Both the position numbers and the translations under genes were made by a program. The notes under the pieces were generated by a model. The model saw only the letters and a program-made list of their open reading frames with translations. It was not told the origin of the DNA and made no database searches. Shown piece after piece: positions 27,067-40,074 of a stretch of 64,000 nucleotides of DNA. Within the stretch, counting starts at the first letter, position 1; each line of letters opens with the position of its first letter. Source of the DNA: Mobula hypostoma (lineage: Eukaryota); the NCBI RefSeq assembly GCF_963921235.1, contig NC_086097.1, positions 131,938,001 through 132,002,000 on the forward strand, given 5' to 3'.

Positions 27067-27480
27067 AGGTTGGACGGGCTTGGACCTTTTACCTTGGAGC
27101 AGAAGAGACTGACAGGTGATCTTACAGATGTGTCCAAATCTTGAGGGGCATAGATATAGATGGATTGAATGCACTCAATCTTTTCCCCAGGGTTAGGGAA
27201 GAAAGAACATTTACAATAAGAGTTGAAATATTCAAGAAGAGCTTGAGGGGTAAATTTTTTACACAGTGGTGAGTATGTGGAATGAGCTGCCAGAGGAAGA
27301 CACTGAGGCAGGTACAGTTACAACTTTTAAACGCAATTGGACAGCCACATGGATCGGATGAATTTGAGGAATGAGCCTTAGACGGGCAAATAGAAATGGT
27401 TTGGACAGGAATATTTTTGGCATGGACCTTTCGAGCCGAAGGGCCTATTTCTGCATTGTATGATTCTGTAACTCTATGAT
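27067..27480 (+). mobile_element. CR1 3' fragment
   Basis: LDGLGPFTLEQKRLTGDL remnant and CTATGA tail. Confidence 0.65.
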
Positions 27481-28609
27481 GTTAGTAATTTAGGAGTACT
27501 GCATAAAACCTCCACCTGTTGTCAGTTAAAGGATCGGAATTGTTGGAGGTATGATGATTTAGCCAATGTAAAGTGCACAGTGAGTCAGTGGAGACATATT
27601 AATTTGGGATCAACCCCCAATGCCATGGCTTTTGTTGGGACTCCAAAAGCATTATGACCGCTAGCAAGGTTAAGCGCAACGAGCACATGGAACCATCACT
27701 GTCTGCCACTCTTCCTCCAAACCTTACCTCACTGGAATACATTGTGTAAGAGGTAGCACAGCTAGCAGCTGGTATGACTGTATGTACTTAGTACTGGTGA
27801 CTAAAGATTAATCCCTCCCCTGATGCCTATGAAAATCACTGTAAACTGTGACAAAAGCTGAACTTGCTCTGGATGTGACCTTGCCTTTGACATTGTTTTC
27901 ATCGGTTTGGCATATTTTGTTCAAGAAGTACCTCCCATCCAACCTTCAACACCTATCTACAATTGGTGGTCATTAATTTGGTCTAATCCAATTACAATTA
28001 TTTTAGATTCATGTATTACTTACCTTATGGAAAAACTTTGAAAGATAGAAGGCTTTGTTTTGCAGTAAACAGTCATTATTAACATGAAATGCATGGGACT
28101 AACATATCACATGTATAATTTTATCTCAGTCTTTGCCATCTGCTGGGTAATATATCATATAATTTACCTGTCTAAATCGGATTCCATTGTACTCTGAAGA
28201 TTTAAGCTGGTTTTTGGTGAGAGCTATGAGTACAGTAATTAGCATACATCACAAAATGACTTAACATTTTAAAGGCGCTAACTTTTAGTGGTGAAGGACA
28301 AGCAGTACAATGAATTCTCAGACAGAACTCCCTAAATGTACATTAAACATGATTAATATTTTGCTGTTTATGTGCTACCTCATTTATACAGTGCAGAAAT
28401 GTTGAAGGATTGCAGTTATGTGTGAGTCAGCTCCACGAACAGCAGTCTAATCCTCATTATGCCAGTTCATTGTATTCACAAGACAGGTTGATTTTAAAAG
28501 CAGTTTGATCAATGATTAGCAAACTCGATTCCTTCAGAGTAAAGTGTCAAAAGCTGATCATTTTGGTTCAAGCATTTACAAAAAATGCAATGCAGGGTAT
28601 ATACTATTT

Positions 28610-29480
28610 CACTGGGTCAAGTCTAGTTTTTTGTCGTATGCACAAGTACAGTGAGGTGCAAGTACGATGAAAGACTTACAGCATCGCAGATACAAGCAGC
28701 TCACAAAATATAAATTACTTTGTACATACATTGTACAGGACATTGAAGAGAAAAAGAAATGCAGACAAGTCCACGTAGTGCAAGAAGTTGTCCGTAGTGA
28801 TCTGTTGCTGAGGTACAGTTAGGTTTGTGCAGGTTGGTTCATGCTTGTAAGTAAGTAGCTGTTCCTGAAACTACAAGACCTTAAAACCATACAAAGTAGG
28901 AGCAGAATTGTGCAACTCAGCCCATTGAGTAGTCTCTGCCATTTAATCATGGTTGATTTCCTTCAACCCCATTCTCCTGCTTCCTCTGCATAACCTTTAA
29001 TGACTTTATGAATCAAAAACCCATCAAAATTTATCTTCAATACACTGACTTAGCCTCCACACCCTTCTGTGGCAACAGATTTCACAGATTCACCACCTTC
29101 TGGCTGAAGAAATTCACCCTCATCTCAGTTTTATAGGGCTATGCCCTGGATTGTATTAACAGACACATCCAGACCCTTCAGTATCTGGTTAGATTCAGTG
29201 AAATCCCCATTCATCCTTCTGAACTCCATCAAGTATGGGCCTAGAGATGTCATATGCTCCTCATACATTAAGCCTTTTGTCCAGGGGTACCTGAAGGTGT
29301 CAAGCGTCAGATTTCTATCACTCCTAGCCGACTGTAGTAGCAGAAAGAAGGCATGACCCCAGATGGTAGGGATACTTGAAGATTGACACTGTCTTCTTGA
29401 AGCAACATCTCTAGTACATATTGTCAATGATGGGGAGAAGTCAGCAAACCATGGATACTTCTGCAGTTCAGAGCTCAGTG
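28610..29480 (-). mobile_element. Rex1-type 3' end with a nested CR1 3' end (about 28872-29290)
   Basis: Rex1 sequence GCTGTTCCTGAA resumes after a CR1 AAGACC..GGAGCAGAATT block. Confidence 0.55.
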
Positions 29481-29964
29481 ACCCAGTTATAGTCATGGCC
29501 ACGAGATCAGATCCAGTCTCATAGTCTACATTGTGGCCTTCTGAAGTCATAAAATGGACACGTAAGGATCCAGTGCACACTCATGCTGTACCTTAGTGCA
29601 GCCTCCACTGTACCAGACCTCCCACTCTCTGGGCATTAGTGAAGAACAGCAAGAGTAAAAATAGAAAATGCAGAAACAATCAATGGGTCAGGTTGCATTT
29701 GTGGGAAGAAAATTACAATTTCATTTCTAGTCAGAGAACATTTATCAGAACTGAGATTCTCTGCTTTAATTTCAAACTGTCAGCATCTGCAACAAGTTTT
29801 TTTAATGTTTGAATAGGCTTGTTATCAGTTATTTTAAAGAAATGGGTCTGACCCAATGCCTGAGTTGCCTGGTAAGGCACTCTCTCAGTACCAAGGAGGA
29901 TCCTCTTCCTTCAATATTTAAAGGCCATGTCTTGGTTAATGCAGCTTAGTAGTGACAAAGAAGA

Positions 29965-30182
29965 ATGCACGTGCTGGAATCTGAAGCAAAACACAGTCTC
30001 CAGATTTGAACTCAGCAGGTCAGCCAGCACATTTGGGAGGAGAGGAATTGACAACTTTTCAGGTCAAAACCACAAGTCATGATGCACGCTTCAACTGAAA
30101 ATTCATGACTCCACCCCCCCCCCCACCAAGCCCCCACAAGTGCTGCTTGATCCACTGAGTTCTTCCAGAAACTGGTTTGTTG
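29965..30182. mobile_element. Old self-inverted Penelope terminal-repeat pair
   Basis: GAACTCAGCAGGTCAG left arm and GCTGCTTGATCCACTGAGTTC right arm around a degenerate hammerhead. Confidence 0.5.
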
Positions 30183-30759
30183 AATGCAATTAGTAGCTGA
30201 TTTTGTCTGCTAGACTTCGGTTCCAGAATGTATTTCTAAGCTCTGTCACTGGATTTTGTCTCTGCTACTCTGCTCCTGAGTTCATTAGTCCAGACTGACT
30301 ACAGTTCAATGCTGATGGGGTCCCACATTGCTAGAAGTAGCATGTTTAGAACTAGTGCAATCATGCTCCTGTCTGCTCTTTCAAATAGATGTAGAAAATC
30401 ACATTCATTAATTTGAAGAATTGAGGAGTTATCCTTGGTGCCCCAGTCAATCCTTCTGTTCAACCTTCATCACTAATACAAATTCTTTCTTTATTGACAC
30501 ATTTCTGTGTATGGGAAGCAGATCACCTGGTGCATTAAAAAGATGCTGGAAGATCTCAGTGGGTCAGGCAGTATCTGTGGAGGGAAATGGACAGTTGATG
30601 TTTCAGGTCAAGTCTTTTCATCCGGAACCTATATAAGAAACAGGACTGTGCTGGTCCTGTTCTAGCCCCACTAAACTTATCTCGTCATACCTCCATCTTG
30701 ACAAAAGAATTGGGCATTTCTCTGTATCCTGTTCTCTTTCATGTGGCCATGGCCATTAA

Positions 30760-30985
30760 CTCCACCTTGATCCTTCAACATCCCATCTCCATTTGGAGCT
30801 ATTTACAGCGGCCAATTAATCCAACACATTCCAATGCACGTCTCTGCAATGTGGGAGGAAACAGAAACATTTGGAAGAAATCCATGAGGTCACAGGAAGA
30901 GAATGTAAACTCCCCACAGAGAGCACCCGAGGCAAGGTTCAAGCTTAAGTTGTGTGACTGAGAGATAGCTGAGGTATCTGCAGTG
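30760..30985 (-). mobile_element. V-SINE (HE1-like)
   Basis: GTGGGAGGAAACAGAAAC..GAGAATGTAAACTCCCCACAGA is the reverse complement of the V-domain. Confidence 0.6.
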
Positions 30986-31269
30986 CTCTACAACCCTTAA
31001 GTGGATTCATTGTGTTAAACAGCATGGAAATAGGGCCTTTGCTTCAATTCATGCATGCCAACCAGGTTACTACCAGCATAGTCCTATTTGCCTGTGTTTG
31101 GCCCATAATGGAGAAACTCTTGTTTGATGTATATGTGTATATAGTTAAATGACAATAAGCTTGACTTGACTTGACATCTCCTATCATGTATCTGCCTAAA
31201 TGCCTTTACAATATTCTTATTGCAATATCCACAGTTTGGAACTTCCTCTGAGGTCGCCGTCCATTCATT

Positions 31270-31600
31270 GGGATGGCACAGTAGCATGGCTTGTCCAGCC
31301 TCTGCCTCACAACTCCAGTGACACTGGTTCAACCTTGACCTCTAGTGCTATCTGTATGGAACTTCCACCTTCTGCATGGGTTTCCTCCCCACGTCACAAA
31401 TTTAAGAGGTTAGGTAACCACAGTTAATTATCCCTCATATGTAGGTGAGTTGTGGAATCTTTCGGAGCCGATAGGAAGATGTGGAGAATAATGTAATGGA
31501 ATTAGTGTAGGATTAGGGTGAGCTGGTGGTTGATGGTCCATATGGATGTAGTGGACCAAAGGGCTTGTTTCCATGATGTATCTTCCTATGACTCTATGAC
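31270..31600 (+). mobile_element. V-SINE (HE1-like) with CR1 tail
   Basis: GGCACAGTAGC..GCCTCACAACTCCAG..GGTTCAA head, V-domain, and AAGGGCTTGTTTCC..CTATGACTCTATGAC tail. Confidence 0.7.
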
Positions 31601-33089
31601 TGGATGTCAAATACTTTGCAATATGATAAGCTTTCTAGAAATGGATTCCTTGTTCCTTTTGTCACTTGCTGGCCTCTTTAGTTTCTGGGTATGAAACTGA
31701 TTCTCAACGGGAGTTTTTATCCAGGCTGCTCTGATCTGGCTTGCCTTCACTAAAAGTTCAGGTTGAACTGCTGGATTTTGCAACGGGGAGAGCAGACAAG
31801 AAAAATCAAGGTTACAAGAGGGAGAAAAGGCAGCAATGGGAAGAGTTCTGTGAACTAATGTGATGGGACCAGCACTCAACGCTGGGGGCCCTGGGGCCAA
31901 TGTGTTCTCCCAGTGGAAATGGAACCCGGGTTTGTGCTCCGCCTCACCCCATCCAATGTAGGTACTCACAGTCTCCCAGACAATGAATAACCATTCTGTG
32001 TTAACCACAGCAAATTCTCAGTGTGCTGTCTGATGACAAGGTAATTGGCAAAGTAATGCTTTAAGAGTGAAAAATACTGACCAGTATGCTGTGAGTGGGG
32101 GTGAGATGGGGGTAGCGGGGTGTAACACCATTGCTTTCTAAAGTAGTGTTCTTATATGCAAAAGAAACTATTCCTTGATTTAACATCACAACCGAAACGC
32201 AGAATACCTGACAGTGTGACAGTTCCTCCGCACAACCTCGGCTTCAATGCTTCAATGCTTCAATTTTAGGTGATACATAACCCCCCGAACCATAGGCCGT
32301 GGTAACACCTGCTGAGGTAACATATGAACCTTCTTTGTTGGCTGTGTTTCACTCAGCCCTTTGCCTGTCACGGGGTCAACAAATGTCATGCTGCTGAGTG
32401 TTCTTGACACTGGCATTTTTCCCTCTCTTGCCTTCGAGTTGCATTGGCACGCCCACGCACCATGCTGCTCAGAGAGCCAGCTAGGGCTTCACCCTACAAC
32501 TTGAACAACAGCTGCCCCTGCTTTGCCAAGCTCACAACAGGAAGCCTGTTCTCTGGACACACTTCAACCCATAGAACCAGTTGGTGTCCTTCGTGTCGAT
32601 ACCTTTGTGCACTGACTTGTCGCAATCAGTGGCAGTCCATTTCCTGGTCCAGGTTCGCCTGGTTGCTCAATCCCCTCCCTCCATCACAACTTTTCCTTTT
32701 GTTCGTCAGAAAGTTACAGAATGCAGAGTTAGCATTCTCTCCCTCTGACACCAGAACATTATTGCCACAGCAGTATTGTAAAAATCAACTCATCTGGACC
32801 TAATAGCATCTGAATGGTCTCCTGGTAACCCCTCCTGGGAAGCTTCATATGGCCTGTATTTGTAAACATTGAGAAAGGATGGAGAGGGGAAGGGAGGGGG
32901 TTGTCATTGGTGAAGAAGCCTCTTGTTTGAAATCTTGCTGCACACTACAAGCTGGACAAGTGTGTTTGCCAACATGCCATATGGGAGCCATAGCACAGAC
33001 TTTAATTTCTTTTCTCTCCGAAAATAATTAAATCTTGATGGCACAGTTCAAATGATTCATTTAAATTCAAAAGTATTACAGAGCCAGAT

Positions 33090-33094
33090 TTGTG

Positions 33095-33127
<33 letters not shown>

Positions 33128-33182
33128 ATGTGCATGTGTATGTGTGTTTGTGTGTGTGTGTCTGTGTGTGCGTGCGCGCGCG
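33090..33182. repeat. (TG)n microsatellite ending in (CG)n
   Basis: About 90 bp of near-continuous purine/pyrimidine alternation, read directly. Confidence 0.95.
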
Positions 33183-34149
33183 CTTGCCAAATACACCACA
33201 CAGTAACATCTCAGCAGAAGTTAAAACCACTTTGCAACAGTGATCAGTGTGCGTAACCATGGTACTAATTTGATCATAATATAGTCATCTCTGAAGATTA
33301 CAGCTATTCAATTAAATATTCTAATTAACCTGAAGTATTAGGCAAATGATACTAATTACAAATATTCTCCTGAGAGTCGCAGCAATGAAAAGCCCGCTTG
33401 CAACCGATAATTCCAGCCAATGTTCGTTGCACAATGTCCTGTGTCATAGTCTTGTGGAATATTAAAATGCAGTTAATTTGCGTAAACCTCATTTGTTTAA
33501 TGACATTAGCATTTTGCTTGAAATTGTTATAAACATGTACATTCTCGTTTCCAACCAAAATTTAAAATGAGTACACTCTTGGGGTAACTGAGCAGTTCCG
33601 TTTACGGATCTGGCACTTTACTCAGTGAGTGGAACAGTTTAGCTTAACTTTGGACCATTAAACATATTGAAATTGTTTAAGATAGCTTATAATTTGTCTC
33701 CACCAATAAGAGAGGGAGAGCATGGCTAAAATTTTATTACGCGACACTTTTTTTAATCAGTACCCAGAGAGCTGGCAGTCTCAATGGTGAACTTTCATCG
33801 CAGTTTAGAAAATAATCAAATCTTTTAAACTCAAAGTGCAGGGAATTACTTTTTTTCCCTCTTGCATGCTGCTTCTCATTTAACCCTGCTCAGTCTAAGC
33901 AGATCCAACCATCTCTTGAACCTAAAGATTACATATATTGACCACCAGTGTTTCTGCTCCTGTGAATTCAGCAGATGAGAAGTGTCAATGTTACACAGAG
34001 ATCCAAATAATCAAGAAGCATGCTAGTTCTTAAGGATGTGCCTCAGCTGGGTTACGGGAGGCTTACACCAACATCTGCGTGTAGAAGGATGGTGGAGGAG
34101 GATGGCCAAGGGGTCAAGGAGCAGGAACTCTCCTTGTTTTGTAACGTGA

Positions 34150-34700
34150 AGACTACTCTGATCAATCAACTGTGTGGATTTGGCATGTCATCAAAAACTT
34201 TGACAACTCCTAGGGGTGCACAGTGGAGAGTATCCTAACTGGTTGTTTCATGGCCTGGTATGGAAACACCAATACTCAGGAACAGAAAAGTCGACAGAAA
34301 GTTGTGGGTACAGACCAGTCCGTGACAGGCCATTGAGTACACTTACATGGACTGAGGCAAAAGGAAGCAGAAACCAAGAACACCCACTGTCCAGGTTGTG
34401 TTAGCGTCTCACTACTACCATTGGGTAGGCAGTACAGCAGTCTTAGGTCACACACCACCAGGCTCAGGAACAGTTGTTACACTACAACCATCAGTCTTCA
34501 GAGACGGTGTGTACAACTTCACTCTCCACAATTCTGAACTGATTTTACAACATGTATGCTCATTTTCAAGGACTCTTTACAACTCATGTTTTCAGTACTT
34601 TTTTTTATTTACATAATTTGTCTCCTGCACATTAATTGTTTGTCAGTCTTTATGTATAGGTTTTATTTGTAAATTGCATTGTATTTCTTTATTTTCCTGT
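34150..34700 (+). mobile_element. Rex1-type 3' end
   Basis: FGMSSKTLT and related C-terminal remnants followed by 3' UTR. Confidence 0.65.
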
Positions 34701-34704
34701 AAAT

Positions 34705-37050
34705 AATGGCACCATTAAGTGGCAAAATTTTGTATATAGCTCTGAGGAGAATCATCAAATATTCCTATTTAGGAATACTACAGCTGAAACCCACAGTCAC
34801 ACCCATGGCTACTTCAGTAAGCAACATCATTTTAAGGCACTTAAAAAAATCTATTGATACTCAAAATCAATGAACCTCGGATGGCAGACTTGGGTCACGA
34901 GTGCACTTCCCTTTTAAAAAACGCTTTGCTGGTACACTTGAAACACAGAGGCCTTAGACTCCCACTCCTGACTATCCTGCTGGAAAATAAAATTGAAGAC
35001 CTCAGAGCAAGATTGCTGGACCAGAAGGGCATCTGGGACTGCTGTGAACTCAGCTTTATGGAAATATAGCTCACACTGGCAATTTTCGGCACAGCTCTGC
35101 AGCCCGATATCTTCACCATTCTCTGCAAAGACAGGACACCTCAGTCTTTTAAAGGCACAGGAGGTAGAGTATGCCTTATGGTTAACCCATCGTGGTGCTC
35201 AAATGTGGCAGTACTGCTTCAGTCCTGCACACCCGAGCTGGTCAGATGTCATCCATTTTAGCTGCTGAGGGTGGTTTCCACCATTATCCTGGTAGTGGTG
35301 TATATTGCACCTCAAGCAAACATCAGGCAGGCACTGGAGGAGCTGAGCACTATGATCAGCAGGCGTGAAACTACACACCCTGATGCCTTCCCTCTCGTTG
35401 CGGGAGATTTCAACCAAGCTAGCTGAAGAAATCTCTGAACGATTACCCACCAATCTATCATCTGTGGAACCCGACCTCTGTTATACTACCATCAAAAACA
35501 CTTACCATGCCATTCCACGCCCACACTTTGGAAAGTCCAATCATCTGGCTATACCTCTGCTCCCAGCATATAGGCAGAGACTAAAGACTGTAGCACCAGT
35601 GGTGAGGACAAAAAAATGGTTAAGAGAAGTGGCTGAGCACCCATAGGACAGCTTTGAGTCGGTCGACTGGGCAATATTCAGGGATCCATTTTCAAGTCCA
35701 AATGAATACATCACAGTTGTCATTGATTTCATCAAGACTTGTGTGACTGTGCGTGTGTCTTTGAGAACATTCCAGACCTACCCAAAGCAAAAGCCGTGGA
35801 TGAAGCAGGAGATTCATAGTCTGCTGAGAGCTGGATCTGTGAAACTCAAGACTGGTGGTCCAGAAATGTACAAGAAGTTTAGGTATGACCTACAGGAAGC
35901 TATTTTAAGGATGAAATAAAAATTCCAATCGAGGTTAGAGATGTAATCAGATGCACGTTATCTTTGGCAGTGTTTGCAGGCCGTTATTTCCTACAAATCA
36001 AAACCTAACTCCATGTAGGCTTCGATGTTTCACTCCCGGATGAGCCCAACGCCTCTTATGCACGCTTTGAAAGGGAGAATAAAACTATACCTGTGCAACT
36101 CCCTGCAGCATCTGTTGACCCTGTGCTCTCTGTCTCGGAGTCTGACATCAGAGCATCTTTCAATAGAGTAAACCCTCACAAGGCACCAGGCCCTGATGCT
36201 GTACCTGGTAGGGCTCTGAAAACCTGTGTCAATCAACTGGCAGGAGAGTTCCAGGACACCTGCAATCTCTCACCGCTGCTGTCAGAGGTTCCCAATTGCT
36301 TCAAAAGGGCGCCAATCATACCAGTGCCCAAGAAAAGCAGAGTGAGTTGCCTCAATGACTGTCACCCAGCGACACTCATATATACTGTGGTGAAGTGCTT
36401 TGTGAGGTTGGTCATGGACGGAATCATCTCCTGCCTATGCAAGGAACTGGACCTGCTGAAATTTGTCAATTGCCACAATAAGTCTACAGTGGATGTACTC
36501 TCACTGGCTCGCCACTCGGCACTGGATCACCTGGACAATTGTAATACCCACTGTATGTCAGGCTGCAGTTTGTTGACCACAGCGCAGCATTCAACACAAT
36601 CATACCCTCAGCTCTGATCAACAAGCTCCAAAACTTGAGCCTCTGTACCTCTCCCTGCAACTGGATCTTTGACTTCCACAGACTGGTCGGATTGGAAATA
36701 TCATCTCCTCCTCGCCAGCAATCAACACTGGCGCACCTGAAGGATGCATGCTTAGCCCACTGCTCTACTTTTCCTGCACCCACGATTGTGTAGCTCCAAC
36801 GTCGTCTATAAATTTGCTGATGACACAACAATCGTTGGCAGAATTTCAGATGCACAGAAGGTGGCATATAAAATGAGATAGATCAGCTGGTTCAGTGATG
36901 TTGCAGCAAGAAACTTGTACTCAACGTCAGCAAGACCAAGGAATTGGCTGTAGTCTTCCAAAAGGGGAAGTTGAGAGAAAGTACACCGATCTACATCGAG
37001 GGATCAGGAGTAGACAAAGTGAGCAGTTTCAAGGTCCTGGGTGTCAGTAA
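34705..37050 (+). mobile_element. Degenerate near-full-length Rex1/Babar LINE ORF (APE plus RT)
   Basis: LPLLTILLENKIEDLRARL..DCCELSF (APE N-terminus), [42 protein letters not shown] and KFADDT. Many stops and frameshifts. Confidence 0.88.
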
Positions 37051-38465
37051 CTACATGGCAGGTCAGAAGGCATCTGTGGTGGCAGAGAGATTGTTGAAAC
37101 ACCACATCAGGGAAGTGATGTAGGTTCTCAACTGAGAACTTGAAAAGCCTCCGCAGATGCTGCCTGACCTTTTGTTCCTCCAGCACTTTTTCCAGATTCT
37201 AGCATCTCCATTCTCTTGTATCTCAGGATGGTCTAATTCCAAAATAAGCTCTGGAAGGAATGTAGCAACACATGGCATCAACTATCAACCTGAGCCCATC
37301 GAAAGTGTGTAAGTGTATCACATTAGGGTGTACATAACTGAGTTTGGCTCTACAAATATAAACATATAATACCAATTGTTTAATGATGAAATGAAGAGCA
37401 CAATGTGACCATTTTGTTTTATGGAAAGTTGTTGAGTTCCCTGTGTTAGCCTCTGAAGTTTTTGTAGCCTGAGAAGTGAATTGATTTAAATGCAGCCAGA
37501 GCTCACAAAGAGCAATGCAGCAAATGGTTAATTCAGTTTTTCTGTTTGTGGGGCTCGGCAAGGGATGATTTCTTTAAAGTACTGTAAATGTTACTGAAAG
37601 GTACTAGTTTAAAATTCATTTTTCAGAGAGTTTGTGAGGTAAAAATTAATTCTGCATACGCATATTAATTCCCACTTTGCTCTAAATTGGTTAACCTCAC
37701 AGAACACAGAATTTCTCAAGTTTTAAGCATCAGCGTTTTGATCTGTTTTCGTATACCTGCATGTGTATGAACAGAAGTTTATTTAAGACAATTAAATACA
37801 TTTTTTAATGGGGTAGGCAAGAGTGAAAAAGGTCAGTTTGACCAGAAATGAGAGGGGAAAGTGCAATGGTTGGTATAAAACCAGTTTGACAATGTTGGGA
37901 GATTAATTAAATATCTGATTCTTTTCGCATGATAATGTTGATAAAGGTTTATTCAAGGCACTGAGCAATAGCCATTCAGTTACTTCACACTAGTAACAAA
38001 AGCTCCAATTGCATTTTCATGTCAAATGCAGGTTGAGAATTATCCTTTGAAATAGGATGTGTGTTATCTCTTCACTAATTTCAACAAATTATGTCCAGGT
38101 CTTTGAAATATCACAATCCCTGACCCTATTCTTTTAATATGTTGCCTGTGGTTTAGTGTGGGTATGGATTGAGAAGATTGTAAATATAATTCTCCCTTCT
38201 TTCTCTCCCACTACTCAGGTCACCAAACTTCATGAGCAACAATTTATTGGAGGAGCTCAGCATCTGTCCAAGAAAAGAATTGTTGATATTTTGTGTGCTT
38301 CTTTGGGTAGGGCTTTCTGCATTCACTTCCCAAAAGATGTGGTCTCCTCACATCAGCTGAGGGCTTTGTAGAAAGCCTTCATGCATTTCGCAACCATGAT
38401 CTAATCTTCCAACTTCTTTTCACCTTAATTCTCTGCTCCCAAATTGACCTTAAGCCTTTCTCTCC

Positions 38466-38950
38466 TACCTGTTAAACAGGCTTGAGGAACAACATGAACA
38501 CAAGAGATTCTGCAGATGCTGGAAGTCTGGAGAACTTCCGATATATAAAAAAAGTGGAGGCAAAAACTGGCAGGTAATATGTGAGGAGGGTAATACGCAG
38601 ATGGGGGAAGAGTGTAGTGGCAATGATGCCAGAAGTTGGGAGGGGATAGGTGGAAGTGAAGAACAACTGAAGATAATGGAATTTAATAGGAGATGAAGCC
38701 TTTCCATGATCCCATTTTCCCTCATTCCTCCTCTGCCAATCAACTCATTCCTCCCCTCAACCCCCCATAGTCACCTGGAGCTATCTATCACCTGCCAACT
38801 CTTGCTTGAGCCCTTTTTCTACTGGCTATCTCCCCTCTGTTCTTTCAGTACAGATGAAGGATTTCAAGGATGTCAGCTGATCATTTCCCTCCAGGCATTC
38901 TGTCTGACCCCCTGAGCTCCTCCAGCTCTTTGTGTTGCCAAAGATTTCAC
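38466..38950. mobile_element. Degenerate inverted pair of Penelope terminal fragments
   Basis: ACACAAGAGATTCTGCAGATGCTGGA arm (-), then a pyrimidine-rich arm ending CAGATGAAGG..CTGAGCTCCTCCAGC (+). Confidence 0.55.
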
Positions 38951-40074
38951 CGGCGCCTATCATGAAATTGCAGAGGAGGTATCAAAAACAAAATTAAGAA
39001 AACCCTGCAGATGTCTACGAGGAGTTTAAAGAGCTCCTGAATGTAGGGGTATATTGGTCATGTGCAGGAAAAATAAGTTAGGTCATCTGCTTAATTGTTT
39101 GCACAACACAACAGCCAAATGTCCTGTTCATGTGCTGGACTATTCTACGTTCCAAATGAAGGAATTCTGAAATATAACAGAAACTACAGGAAGTACTCAG
39201 CAGCTCAGATGGCATCAATGCAAAGAAAACCCCTGAAAGTTTAGATTGCAAGTTGATATCCTTAGTCAATTCTAATACAAACTGATTTGAAGGTTGGGAA
39301 AAAACAATCTGGTGGAGGAACTCTGGGTTAGCCGCATTTGTGGGATGAAAGTATTTGCTGGATAGACAGGTTATCTGGCCTTATCTGAATCACCAATTTC
39401 ACGTCATTCATGAAGGATGGAAAAGGTACTTTTTCCCTTCAGAAGGTATGAAGGTGGCTTCCAGTCACAGCCCCACAATATTTCTTTCTCCAGTGTAGTC
39501 AAACTGCCAGAACATTTGTGTTGGAAGTCCGTACAGATGTGGCTCATCACACTTGGGTTCAAGCCTAAATGTTTACCAGCTTGAACAGCCCTGCTGCTTT
39601 AACATTTGTTTAATTTTCAAACAATCAAAAATTCAAAATCTCATTATTACCCAGCAGCATATGCTAGCCTCATCAAAATGCTTCCCATATTTAGTTAAAT
39701 GAGTGCGGCAGTGTGTTCCTTGATGATCTCCTGTTTACACACAAACCATGCCATTTATTTGCTTTAGTGTAAGTGATGGCAATAGCAGCTCGGCATCAGA
39801 ATTCATTCCGGGTTGCAGGAGACAACTGGCTGACAACTGTGAGAATTTGAAATAGTGAGATCGCTTCTCTCCACTGCAAGAGTGAGAACAATTCACCCTC
39901 AGTCAGGTAGAATTCTGTCAGTGTTGTACACTCCCCCAATTTCCATTCCACTCAGGTAAGTATGAGAAATACATCTGACAAAGTTGCCCCTCAGGTCCTC
40001 TTTAAATCTTTCCTCTGTCACCATAAATCCATACTGAGTAAGATTTACTTAACACAAAACATCGAAAGTAGAAC

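Noticed and set aside
32444..32803. 119-aa ORF in the repeat-free region as a host exon
   Set aside because: It has a non-ATG start, no recognisable homology and no convincing splice-site pair.
33002..33260. His/Thr- and Cys/Val-repeat ORFs
   Set aside because: They are translations of the (TG)n microsatellite.
39780..39962. Strong splice donor CAG|GTAAGT at about 39955 as the end of an exon
   Set aside because: No convincing upstream acceptor or recognisable coding frame. An isolated donor consensus is expected by chance, though a non-coding exon cannot be excluded without RNA data.
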